DNA of 60,452 bases, the filler included, from Sluysia triapertura (Eukaryota), in the NCBI GenBank assembly GCA_046118255.1. It is 4 parts of 4 records of this genome, joined end to end, with 100 filler letters (N's around TTAATTAATTAA, not from the genome) between each part and the next. Parts side by side here need not be neighbours in the genome. Positions count along the whole stretch, not along the records: positions 29,991 to 46,315 come from JBJNIA010206592.1; positions 46,416 to 60,452 come from JBJNIA010008435.1; 2 more parts are not named here. The stretch is one strand, 5' to 3'. The notes under the pieces were generated by a model. It worked only from the letters and a program-made list of their open reading frames with translations, was not told the origin of the DNA and ran no database searches. Shown here piece by piece: positions 35,081 to 49,220 of this stretch. Every line of letters starts with the position of its first letter. Positions within the stretch are counted from its first letter, which is position 1. The position numbers and the translations under genes are program-made.

Positions 35081-38000
35081 TTAATTAATTGTGGAATCTT
35101 CGGCCATTTTAATTCGTTTACCAGCTGGACTAGTAGAAGTTGAGGCTACCGGAGATGACATAAATGTCTGAAGAAAATAATCATAGTAAATATTATTCTT
35201 ATATTGATTTAAAAGCTCCCATATATCGATTATTAGAGCTCTATTTATCTAAATGAGAAAACAACACTTTCTATCCATATCTTGTCGATAAGTTTAATAT
35301 TCATTTCTATTCTGAAAGTAAAGAAAGATCTGGTATATCTAATAAATCATTCACTTTTATAGTATCAATAATATTAATACAAAAGTGGTTATTTATAAAT
35401 ATAATATATATGTCTATGTTAGTAAATTTTAATTTTACTTTCTGCATTAAAAGTCAATATTCCCAAGAAATATTTATTAATATTAAAAATTTAGAAATCC
35501 AATTCATTTTCGTGAACAAACACATCGTATATATACCAATGTTTCACTAAAACAAAATAAATTGTAATTTATCTTTGCATAAGAAAAAACCACTAATAAT
35601 TAATAAGCGGTTACGTTACATAAACGTAAATAGATGTCTTAAACATAAAGTAGATCGATGTTTACATAAATATTTCTTCGTTTATTTATTGTTATACAAA
35701 AAACAATAAACTAACACTTGGAATATTTGTATCGTCACAAAAACTGTGTTTAATTCCATCTTCTAATGAAATTTGATTATTTTGAAAATATAAAGCTAAA
35801 TAAACATTTTTAAAAATATAAAACGAAAAATAAAGTATAGTTACCAGTTGTTTTGCGTTGATAACGATTATTTCGAATTTTTTCAAAATGGCGACGTCTA
35901 TTTAACATATTTTGATAAAGCGGTGTATTTACTGTTGATGAGTCATTCGTTCTAGAATATTTTTCATTAAATCTAATATTATTATTATACAAACTTTTTG
36001 TTTTTGGAAGATTTAAGATTATCAATTTCAATTTGTATATGTGATTCTAAATCTGCTTCTTGTAATTCTTGATTACAAACCGGACAAATTAATTTATTGC
36101 TCTCTGAAATTTAAAAAACATTTCATTAAAATTAATTCTTCGATGTTATCCTAATTTGAGACTTTAAATTTTAATATATCTAAATATATTAATTTATATA
36201 TCGATTTTTTTATTATATGGAATAAGTAATATTTTAAAATATTTTATAATCTTTCAATTATTAAACTTTCTTTGAAGCCTAAACCTATTTTATTATCACT
36301 GTGTATTCTTTCTATAAATAAATTCATTTTTTTCTGTATTTTTATTATCACGGAGACATTCAGAACTTCCATATTATGGGTATTTAAAAATTACTATCAT
36401 AATTTTGAATTTTACTTTTACTTTTTTATTGTTAATTAGTGACATTCTTTATTTTAACATTTTATACGAGATCTCGTTTTTAAATGAAAAATAAATTAAT
36501 AATAATTAATAATAATTACAATTTTCCTTTTTTCGTTTGAAACTGAGTATAATAAGCGATTTTTATAGTCTCTATTATTAATTATCAATGAAAATTAATC
36601 TTAAAACTATTTGTAGATGCTGGTATATTAAAAAGTTTCACTAAAAATTGTAAAATTGACTATACTAAGTTGTAAGACCGGTTTATCATTGGACTTAACT
36701 TTATATTATAGAATTCAATTAATTTTCAATAATTCACACTTAATTTTTTAATGGAAAATGTTTAAGATACTTATTCTCAAACAGATCATTCTATAAATAT
36801 TTCACATTCATTTCTTAATTTCTCAAGGATCTTTGAAAATAAAAGATATTCCTCAATTCTCAAAATAAAACTATAGACGTTTTCATAATTCTCATTCCAA
36901 CAATGTTTTATTATGTTTTGCCCATCATTTTGTATCAATTCTTCCTACATTCTCCTATTTCAAGTCTTCGTTACTCATTTCTTATCCAACAATTTGGTAA
37001 TCCCAACCGAAGTCAGAATGTTACTCTATGATATAATTCGTGTTCAGAGAACGAAGTCTCAAAAGCAGAATTTGTCCAGCTATTTATGGATTTTTATCAT
37101 CAAAAATATACTTAGATGGCTATAAGTTTGAAATGCTTATCCACAAAAAGGAATAGGATTTATAGTTTGTGTCTTGGTAAGCCGCTGCAGAAAATATCTT
37201 AATGTAAATATCCACCAAACAAATCCATTTTTTATAATTAAAATTTATTTTTGTACTTAAAAGTATAATAATAGGTTTGAGTATACCGTGTTTCATTGTT
37301 CACTGCTACTTTGTGAAAGTATATAATGATCATAGAATTGATTATTGTTTATTTGAGGAAATAAAAACGATGTGCGCCCGAACTTACCTTATCGCGAAAT
37401 GAAGTTATTTTGTTTATTCGGAGAAGTGTTTGTCCAATAAAGTTTAGAACAATATAAACAGATTAGTTCATTAGCTCTAAACATAGAAGATAGTTCAAAA
37501 TTGTATTGAGCATTGTTATACAGACACGTAATGTTAAATAAGATATAAAAGTATTAGAGCTGTATTTAAATAAACATATTTTACAAATAAATTTCCATTT
37601 AAATATGTTAATTTTATGATAAAAGGCAAAAAAACAAAAGAATTTAATTAAATTATTGTTTTTTTGGTATTTAATCTTACTTTAAGTTAGATAATTAGTA
37701 GTAATGTTTAAACTGAAATTTTATACTAACAAAAAATCCTTTATCCCTAGAGAATCATCAAAAACCCTAAAATGCTAGAAATTGAAATAACACAAAAAAA
37801 TCACTGAACTGATAAAAATATATCCGTCGTAAAATAATTAATTATCTAATTAACAAAAATAACGAAAGTCATTAAGAAAATTTCCAAAAAGAAAATCAAA
37901 CTTTTAAAAACTACTGATTTTACAGAGGTGGGAAATCATCAGCATCATCATCAGCATCACCGTAACCATCAACATCAACATCAACATCATCAGGTTAGCT

Positions 38001-38351
38001 AGATTTAAGTCTAAATCATGATATCTCTATAAAAATCTTCACATCATTAACAAATAATTCTTTAAACAAATTGACCAAACTGTTTTATAATAATTTGATG
38101 AAACTTTAAATCCATAATTTCATATTTTAATAAAATTTTTTTTCATTATATCACGTAACATATTTATTTGAAATGAAATTTAAAATGAGTATTACTTTTA
38201 ATAAATTTTAACGAAAATTTTATCACAAACAAAACTAAACTTTAATAAAGTATGAACATTGTGATATTTGTTTATAATTTTGTAAACGTTTATGCTTTTA
38301 TTTATAAATATTATCTTTAATTATTTAGCCAATACCATTAAAACTTTATAC

Positions 38352-38415
<64 letters not shown>

Positions 38416-41400
38416 TGTTTTACTGTACAAATAATTATCAACTTTAAACGTTAATGTAAGTATTACGAAGGTTTGAAACTTATTGAAAACGAATGAAGTT
38501 TGTGTTGTTTAAAAACCTTTCTATTTTCCAAAAAGTAAAAGACAATTTAGAAATATATATTAGAAAAGTATAATAAATAATAATTACTAAAAGGATAAAT
38601 ATTTTACAATTAAATAATTTTACGCTTTAATTAATTATAGCTATAATTATATATTTGAAAACATTTTGATTTTTTCTGTTATAATTTGTTAAATAAAACA
38701 AATTTATAATACAATATATTAACTAAATTCTATTATATTTGTGTTAACAATAGTGATTCTAAATCCACACTAGATTATATCACTATTCTCTAATTACTGT
38801 TGACCAATTCTTAAATTTTGTTGTTTTTTTTCTATACTAATACACATCTCTATCTTTTATTAAACCAGATTAGTTAGTAAGCAAAGTAAGACAAAATTAA
38901 GGATAAAAAACATTAATTACTAATCATATTGTAAGCAATATACAGAGTTACTAATTTTGAATTTATTCATACTATTTACTGTATTATTTTCTCTTTAAAT
39001 TATCATCTTACTGATAAAAATTTCTGATCCACCTTTAAAAATTATTATTATTAGTAGTAGTATTATCATTATTATTATTATTATGGGTTAGTTAAAGATT
39101 AACAAACTCCATTTGATCGTATTTGTTTATTGTGAGATAAAGATATATTTTCAGTAACATCCCAATTATCGTAAAAACTGGCGCTACTCAATGATGCAAT
39201 GTATCAATATTAATGTGTTATATTTCTCATATTAAATATTAACAATTTTATTTCTTATTTGTGCCGTAAAAAGCAAGCTGTTTTTCCTTCATTGTTACTA
39301 TTATTTATTTGTTATAGTTTACGAAATATTATTATTTTTTATCTTTAAAATTGATTCGCAATAAATTTACATTTCATTTTATAACTCAAATTATTGTAAA
39401 TGTTTGACTTTAAAATTAACTTTAGCTTATTATTGTACTACCATTGGACGAGTACTTTTTGTATTTCAGTCTCACTTTATTAAGGTATACTTCATAACAA
39501 TCAAATGAAAAATAGAAATCAATATATGACACAATAAAAAAGACCATGTGTAATTTGATATTAATTATTGTACTTAGTTGAGTTATTTAATCTTATAACA
39601 ACTATAGTTAAACTTAATTGCTGGAGTAATTAATTTCAAATTAACACTTCGACAGCCTATTATTTTAATCGCAGATATACTTGCATTTGCATTTTTTAAT
39701 TCGAAATTTGAAGTAACTCCGGTATTTCCCAAAAATTGTTCAAGACATGGTTCATTGTTAGTTTGAGACCAAATGTTTTCAACATCATGTATTTTCGATT
39801 CCGAGTCAGTAGATGTTGATCGAGAGGTTGATTAGTTTTACTGGTACAATTTCAGAATCATCATTATCTTGGGAAATGTCACTAAAATCTTTGTCTTCAG
39901 AATTTTCTAAATCACTCTGTTCTTTATTGCAAGATAAATCATCTGCATATATTTCTTTATCGTGGCACATCGACATTCTTTTTAAATATTTTATAATTAT
40001 TATAGAAAATAATTAGGAAAAATTCATTTAACAGAAAAATATATCGCATTTGTAAACTCATACATAAATGTACAAAGAATCTGAGTGTGAATAAGAAAAT
40101 GTCTATATCAGTATCATTTCAATTGACAAGATAAAACACGTAAGACCATCAATACAGATGCGTTGTTAACAAACATGTTACAGATTGCATTAATGCAACC
40201 CCGACGGTTTATCGATAATCGCATAGCATTTCATTTATGCGACGGTGGCGATTTAAGTGTTAGCATTAAGGGTAATGTCAAAAATTGACGATCAATTTAA
40301 TTTTGTCATCTGTGAAAAATTACTGTTTCAATTTAATACATTCCATTGATCTTATACTATTGTACTGATATTATATCATTATTACATATATTTTTGCATT
40401 TTACACATATGTATATTTACATTTTATAAAGTCTGGTCACCTTAGTAATAAAAGAAATTAAAATGTGTAATAATATTCTATAAAATTTTATTATTTTCTA
40501 CTACCCATCATTTACCGCAATAAAAAAAGTAATAAATTCAGTACCTATAACATAATTACAAAAATATTAATATGTTACACTTAAAACCTAATCACTATTA
40601 TTGTTCTATCAATGTCAAAGTAGTAACTTAAGTGTATCAACAATCTATAATATAAGCAAAATCAAACAGAAGTGTTAGCATATTATTGAGTGAAAATTTT
40701 GTCAAGCAAGAAACGCTAACTGTAACGTTTATTTTTTTACTCTATTCATTATTAGGTAACTGAACTTTTATATTTTAATACATATAAGCACAAATGGTTA
40801 ATGTGCATTATAACAGTGTGCTGTTAAACGATATTAACAATTTTGAACAGCCTACAAATTTAGTATGATAGATAATAAAGGCCGACACTCTCAATCAAAT
40901 TAACAAAAAAACTTTCAAGTACTTAAGTTTTTTAGTGTTAATTAGTTATTTAGTAAGTTATTATATGATCATTTTAGTAAGTAGTAAAAATTAAAAAAAA
41001 TAAATAGAGATTTTAAGCATACATTTTACAATTTTTACAATTCAAAAAATGTTTTATAAAGAAATAAAATTGGACAAACGAAGCGAAAATAAAAACAAAT
41101 GTGTTTTTTTTGAAATCAAACAAACAATTCGTATTTAATTAAAGATTTTTTAACTAGATAAAAGTAATACATTGTTAGCGGTATTTACTGTAAAGTTTTG
41201 GCTGAAAGGTTAATATTTTCATACTTGAATTAGCATAAAACTTGCACTAACAAATGAAATTCAAATTATTAACACAATCATATAAATACTTTGTTTATCA
41301 TTATAAATTATATAATAGACCACTGGACGCTAATTGATAGTGAAGGTTGTTCACTTTCTAATAAATGATAGTGGATCTGTGATATTAATGATAATAATAA

Positions 41401-44015
41401 GTATATAGATGTACAGATAAACTTGTTAATACATTTAAATTGAATTTATAAAACAGTGATTGTTAAGCTATTTACAGATCTACAGATGATTGTTTTAATG
41501 TTGTAGATCTTAACATACGGGCAACGAAAACATTTACTTTCGACGCTTTGTGTTTACTAAATAATGTTCGATTTTGAAAACATATTAATTGCTAGTCTTT
41601 ATACCTAATTTAGAATAACATAAAGTCATATGAATGTTAATAAGACTAACTTATTCGATGATTCATTGTACTCTGGAGAACTTTCAAAACTAATGGTGGA
41701 TGAAGTCAAAAATTACAATTACATTCAAAATCTTAGTGCAAGAATTTTACGTTATTTTACAAATAAATACTAATAAACTATTATTTCTTTAAATCAAAGC
41801 AATCAATACGAAATTTTCACACTGTTGATTTTCCTGTTTTAGATCATTAGATAAATAACTAAACAATCTAAACTTTTCTTGATCATTAACTTTAAATAAC
41901 TTTATGGTAGCCAGTAGTACAATGATTGGAATTTTTAATTTATGAGATGAATAAATGAGAAAAATTGTAAAATTATAACAAATTGGCAGAAAATATTTAA
42001 AATGTTTAATTAAAGTGAAGAATTTTTAGATATTTAATCATCGATCTCATACCTTTGAGAATAATTTCGAATTCACCTGTATATCGTACGACGATTTTAA
42101 AAATAAGTATAAACCAACATAGTCCTTTAAATGCTCAAACTCATCTAATTATAAATATCCATTTTGTTCGAACTTTGTTTTCGTTGACAAAAGAAATAAC
42201 ACACATAAACAATAAAATAAATTGAAAAAATCATATTTTCACTAACAATTGAAAGAAAAATTTCAAAAAATCATTCAAACAATACTTAAGCCATTAAAAT
42301 TGGTTATTTTTACTCAAATAAAACATTGTATTTACCTTAATAGCCAATTTTGAGCTTTGTTTGATGATTAAATTAAGTACGATTGTACTAAATATATAAA
42401 CTTAGTCAAATTGATATTTTCGATAACTGAAATAAGTAACAGCCACAAAAAAATCTGTTAATATAATTTAAAAATGTGACACTTATTAAAAATGCGCTTA
42501 AAAAATGCAAATTATTATTTTCAATTTTACACTACGACAATTTCTGTCAAGTATAAAAACTTTACTTAATTTAAATAAAATTTTATTTAAAATGCTTTAA
42601 AATATGACAATATTGATAAATTAGTTACCTTTTTTAAACACGATACAATCAGAAAAATAAGTTTTGCTCAATTCACATTATGAATACAAGGATAACTCAT
42701 TTATCTCTTTTAAAATTGACACATATATGATTAAATAATCACATCACAAATCCAATCATGAGTTCGCTTAACATAATTCTCAACATCATCTACACCGTTG
42801 AAAACATCCCAATAATCTCAGAAACAGGTTTTCGCAGTGTAAACACTCTTTATTCATATTTTCAATAGTTGACATATTTAATCCACCAACATTAATAGCC
42901 TTGATTATTGTTTACTTGTCACAAGTATTTATTCGATGATAAGTATATCCCTTGGATTTGTTCAGTAATCTCTAGCTATGAAGTTTGTGTAGGATTAAAT
43001 AATCGTTTAGCATGCGTGCATAGAAAGTAATATTAGTTTACTAATATTATTTTATAACAAAAAAAAATATAATTACTGACAATATTTTGGTTATATTGTT
43101 AAAAGATGCAAATATATCAATAAAAAATGTTATATAAAAATTAGCCATTAAAAGTATTATTTAAACAACGGTTATTTTTAGTTATCGCTTTTTTAGTAAA
43201 TTATTAATCTTTACAGTTGTAAACTAGAATTCAAAATAAGTTTTTTTTAAAGTTATAATGTACGAATAATTTAATGGTTATTTGTTGATTTGAATATTTC
43301 TTTTATATTTGTTAACATTTAATTTCAAATTGTAAAATAAAAGTATTTACTAACCTAAATTATTTGAATTTGTGATCAGTGACGATTTTTCAGGGTAACT
43401 TTCAAAATTATTGCTGTTATTATTGATATCATTTGATGAATCTGTATGATTTGAAATTGGACTGTTATTGTTAGTAATTGTGTTATTGGATGGACTAGTA
43501 TTATCATTTGTATTTGAAAAATGAAACATCGACGATTTTGTAACGTTAGGTTTAATAGGTGATAAATTAAGTATATTCTTTTGCAAAGTATTGTTATTGT
43601 TTACAGGATTGAAATTATTATTTGACTGATGATAATTATATTGCATTAGCATAGAATTAATCATATTTAATGCATCAAATTGATTACATTGAGAAGTCAT
43701 ATTATCTTTAGTTAACGACGATGTCATTTGTAACCATTGTTCCATATTATTAACTGATGTCTGTGGATGTGAATTATGAGAAGAATGGTGATTATTTGAA
43801 TGATGTGATAAAGACGCAGCTGAAAAATTCGGATGCGGAATTAAATTCGATACTGAATAATTAAATGGTGTGACTAAATTTGTTTGATGATTTAATGATT
43901 GTGGTGGTAAACCATTTCTTGAATTGAACGCTGCCATTGCTAATGCAGTGGCACGTACGTTTGAAAACATGGAAGACAAATGTGGATTTAATACTTGATG
44001 ATTATATGAACTCAT
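35081..44015 (-). CDS. RNF220-like protein (middle-domain similarity; no RING seen)
   Basis: Exons 43355-44015, about 35990-36103, 35845-about 35935/35970 (acceptor uncertain), 35716-35795, 35081-35167. LICPVCNQELQEADLESHIQIEIDNL and RRRHFEKIRNNRYQR resemble RNF220 CPICQVLLRPSELQEHMEQELEQL and RYQTFLRVRANRQTR. Splice phases are consistent except at the exon 2/3 junction. Confidence 0.65.
38355..38413. repeat. (AAT)n microsatellite
   Basis: Direct reading. Confidence 0.95.
39590..40272 (-). mobile_element. piggyBac remnant with frameshifted transposase N-terminus
   Basis: End GCATTAAGGG|TAA resembles the MITE TIR at 14116-14184; acidic MSMCHDKEIYADD...DNDDSE followed, after a frameshift, by WSQTNNEPCLEQFLGNTGV, like the W....P...F.G..G start of the piggyBac core. 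Confidence 0.55.
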
Positions 44016-46415
44016 GAAAAATTGGTATTATTAAATAAATCAATTTCAATACTCTTAGAAATCTAAAATAAAATTCTATATACAAAAAAGATACAAGTTA
44101 TATAAAACTGCGCGCTTTTATTCTTTACTATTATTGGTTAAAAAAATTAACTAATAACTATAATTAAGATTAGTTGATTTAAAACACTTTCACTATCATA
44201 TTATTAAAACATACACCAATAATTAGATGTTGATTTCATTATTATATATTTTATTGATTATCTAACTATTTATAAATTGCATAATATTCAACAATAGGAT
44301 AATGTTTTTCATTTTTTAAATCTTTTATCAACAATAACAACTTTGATTTATTGACTTGACAGTGTGTTTGACACAATACCTGTTATTGTAGTTAGTGTGT
44401 ATGTATAAAAAACAATATTTTACTGATAAATTGTTATAACGGCATAAGAAAAACTATAGAAAAAATGAACTTCTTTCAAAAATAACTGACAAATTCAAAA
44501 AATATCTTAATACATAATTTTTGTATTTTTTATAATTGTTTTGCATATGTAGTAAAAATGCAAGTGCATCTCATCTTTGTAGATAATATTTTTATATAAT
44601 TAAATCTGGTTTTTCTTACTAAATTTATCGTCAAGTTGTATTCGTGCTTATTACACGTTACTGTTTAGATTTAGATGCGATATTTTTTGATTATTATTAG
44701 TTAAATATAATGATAATACATACTATGAATACGTACTCAAAAGCGCTTACAATATATCATTCCGCCATACTATTTCTGAAGTGAAAAAGAATGTTGTCTT
44801 TTAAACATTATCCTCAATCTGATTGCAGATTTTGGAATCATAACAATATGTAACTTATTACTTAACGTATTATAAATTGCTAAATTTTAATGGCATATAT
44901 TTTTGTTTCTAATTGTCACTATGATTTAGAAATCTATTATTACTTTTAATGGGACAGAACTAGTTACATGTACTGACAATTTTATAACAACGAACTCGAA
45001 TACTAAGTCATCTAAATATATTAAAATACAGTGAAGACTGTGTCAATTCATAAAGTATATAACATACTTCATTCCAATTAAGTAATATGTCATACTAATT
45101 ATAATTTATTAATTTATAATTATAATATTGTATCAAGGAGATATCACGCCAAACCATAATAATAAAAATAATAATATAATAATGAAAATAATTAAGAAAT
45201 AAAAAATTTAATAGACGTGACATCACTGTCATAAAATTAAATGATTTTAAAGAAAATTATTATTGATTAATTAATTGTAGATAAACAAATTAATTAATTA
45301 AAGATTCTGTGATAATATGTAAAAGAACTAATTTAAATAGAATAGTTTGTAGTCGAGTCACTTAAGTGAGAGTAATGGAATTGCGGAGATAGATTATAAA
45401 TTACTTGGATGGTTCGAGATTTAATCATTTCATTAATTATACAGTTATACTGTTTGTAACTCATCTCTGGAGTTTAGTAACAGTAATCTTTCATCGACCA
45501 CATTCTATTATTCTTGGAGATTTTTCTGTTGCAAGACTTTTGAACAAAAAAGACATAAGTTTCTCCCTTATATAAGATAAGGATTAAAATTCACTAAAAA
45601 TATAATATTTATTTTCACGGCTCGAATAATTCCAGCCTCAAAATCAATTTTAAACTCCATATATATTCAACTAGTTGGCCCAGAAGTATAAACCTTGTAA
45701 CGGCAATAAATCGGGATTTTCTAACAGTGTATAAACACAATTTAACAATAACAAATTAAGACACAAATTGATAATTAGATTTCATAACGTTCAAAGATGA
45801 GTAAGAATCTCAGAATTGTCATTTAAATTTACCATTTGTTGGATATAAAACGTGATTACAGACGAATGCATCAGAATAGATCCATATAACTTACTTATAT
45901 GAGAATGAAGGTCATTGTTTGTGACAAGGGAATTGTGTTGTAAGGAATCGTACGGTTGGCACTAATTGTTCAATGGGAACGATTTAAAATGAATAAAAGG
46001 GTTGGTTTTATTATGCATTGTTTAGTAATTTCATTGTTAGGGCGTTTCATTTAAAGCTTGACCTATAAATAGAGATCATTTTGAGTGTTCTGATATTAAC
46101 TTTTGATTATGTATGTGCTGGGTTTATTTTTATATTGTTATTTTTGCAGAAAAATAAATCTATAGTTTATGGATTCGTCTACAATGTGTAACTCTTGGTT
46201 CAGGGTATTAATATTTATAGATTTGTTTAAGTTTATTCAAGTTAATGTTTAAAATTATCAAGAAAAAATTTTATAACGATTATGAGTATAATTATTTATA
46301 TTCCCAACAATATGANNNNNNNNNNNNNNNNNNNNNNNNNNNNNNNNNNNNNNNNNNNNTTAATTAATTAANNNNNNNNNNNNNNNNNNNNNNNNNNNNN
46401 NNNNNNNNNNNNNNN

Positions 46416-46650
46416 TCAAATGTGGATATTATTTTGTTGCTATGGATGTCGAGTTACATGTTTTTGATAGATTTGTTGGTGTAAGTTGATGGTATTAGAT
46501 GTAAATGTGGTTTGTATATTATGAGATTGTGAATATGGCTTAGTTTAGGCAAATGAACTGTTTTGTAAGTGTGTGAATATCAAAGTGTTTAAGGTTTAAT
46601 TAATTTTTTCTTTTAAAATTTTAAGTTATAAAGGTTGTCCACTAGACACA
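46416..46650 (-). mobile_element. Family A left end (reverse orientation), running into a gap
   Basis: Reverse complement TGTCTAGTGGACAACCTTT; 46480-46532 aligns with the reverse complement of about 56545-56600. Confidence 0.6.
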
Positions 46651-48799
46651 TATATGTATTGTAAGTATTGTACCTTTTTGTAGTACAAGTTTTAAATAGA
46701 CGAAGTGGTCAGAATTATTCAACCTACTATTAAAAATAGTTATTTTGTTTTAGTGATTCAATTACCATTTAAACTAAATTTAGAAAATTTCAAGAAAATG
46801 GAGATCTTTAAGACTTGTTGCGGCATTATTGAAGAAAAGGAGTCACAGCAACCAATTTATGTAGAATAATATTCCAAAATTTAATGATGTATATTTAGAA
46901 ATTTGGATTCATTATCTTTTTGAACAAATCTATATTGTTTGCAAACATTTATATTTTTGATTTAATATGATCATTTTAAGATCATGCTAAAATATTTTGG
47001 ACATTTTAGTATAAAATTATTGCCTTATATTTTTATTAAAATTTATACATATTATATTTATATTTTTACATTATAAACTCAAGATATGACAGCATATGAT
47101 TTTCACAAGATGAATAAACACAGCATAGGATATTGTATCAGTAACAAAAAAATATTGATTATTTTTTAAGCATATCTTATGTGAAATGAAAATTCGTTTA
47201 AGAATTATCATAAAACAATTACTTTTACGAATTACATATCACTTTGCACCATATAAGAAAAAATCACAATATTTCCATTGAATTATTTTAGTCACAAAGA
47301 TGCCGTAATCATCATATCATTTAATACAGTTAAACAATTAATGGTAATTCATAATAAAATATGTAATACATAATATATTTCGGAAATTGTATACTCAAAA
47401 TTTACGGGAAAAAAATGAACACCTACTGTGTATTGCATTATACCATTTTTAGCTAGTGTAGACTACCACACTGTTACCTGTCCCAATAGAAAAGGGAGAT
47501 AAACGACTGAGTATAATTTTCAAAAAAAGTTATCTTATTCCATCAGTTGAATTTATTACTTTTCGTTTCTTGACATCTGCAGAATGATGTATTGTCTGAA
47601 ACAAATACGAGATTCGTTTTCTAGAATGATATTAAGGATTATTTCAAGCTATAAGCAAACCTCTACAATTATAAAAATAACCCATCTATCTCAACATGTC
47701 ATTCTATACAAATTACAACTTAATTTTCTAATTTTATTTGTGAAGTCTAGATTTAAAGGATATTGAAAATTTAGGTTTGAAGAAAATCATAACTTAATAA
47801 AGATTAGTATAAAAATTTGAAAAGAATGAGATACTTTGTGCTACATATAGTTAAGTGAAAGTGTAAATGATGATTTGAGAATAATTTGATTTTTGTTTTG
47901 TATTGTGGTTTCTTTTACCCAATTTTCATTTAGTTTAATTACGTTTTAATTTTTGATACTCTAATACCTATGTTAAGCAAACAACTTCAGAATTGTCGCC
48001 AAATTTATTAGTATCAAAATTTGAGTATCATGTTCCGCAAACACTGATAAATAAGAGCATACCAAATATATTTAAATCACCATCAATAAGTAAATCCAAA
48101 CCTACCATTTCATTACAAATAAGAGATTGAAAATAACATCTGGAACGTCTACTCGCAGATGATATGCGCTTTTAGTACAGAAAATTTCTTTTCTACTTGT
48201 CGAGAAACAGTATAAATATTGGTTTCTCAGAAATAATATTCACAAAAATTTTAACTTATTTTAATTGAATTTTTACATAGCAGTAAGTTTATTTTTGTAA
48301 GTTTAAGGTTTCGTACAATAACCATAAAATCGTATAATTTAATGCGTAAAATAAATTTTTTAAATAATTTTAATTTTAATTTCACAATTGTTATCTTTAT
48401 AATTTTATTATTATTACAGCTATCTTACTTTTTCATTTCACTTTTGTTTATATGCTTATCTTTATGTATTTAAGTATATATGTTTGCACTTCTGTGTGCG
48501 TGTTTATTATTTTACACTCTTCTTATATTTTTATGGCTCTATGGACTTAGTTATGCGTTTATTATTATACTTTTTCTTGTTATTAAGCTTAATAATAAAT
48601 ACCTTAAATGGTTTAATATTTTTGTTTCAAAAATTTTAGAATTCAGTTCAAAATGTTTTAAAGTTAATGTTTTTACAATTAAAATTTATTGTATATATTT
48701 TAAAAAACTTAAAAGGTAAAATTTCGTCAATGTTTCACAATAAATTTTTGTTTAATTCTATGATAAAAATGGTGTCAAGTTGAAAAACTTTTTCTTCTG

Positions 48800-49220
48800 T
48801 AATGATATATTGATAATTTTAATATTCATTTTGATAATAACAATGATAAAAATAATGAAGGTGATAATAATAACTATAATAATTATAATAATGATAATTA
48901 TAATTATGGTTATAATCATAACAATAGTGATATTAAGAATCATAATTATAAAAACAATAATATTAATAATTATTATTATAACTTTAATTATAATTTTAAA
49001 AATAATAATTTTTATTATAATAATTATGGTAATTATAATGCTTATAATAGTAATAATGATGTTCGCGATGATAATGATTATAATTGCAGTGATTATGATT
49101 AGAATTGTGATAATAATAATAATAATGATAATATAATATTAATTACAATAATTGTAATTATTTTAATGATTATAATTATAATAATAATCATTATGGTAAT
49201 ATTAACAGTAACAATAATTT
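48800..49220. repeat. Degenerate (ATA/ATT)n low-complexity tract
   Basis: About 400 bp of imperfect trinucleotide repeat that generates the poly-Ile ORFs. Confidence 0.9.
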
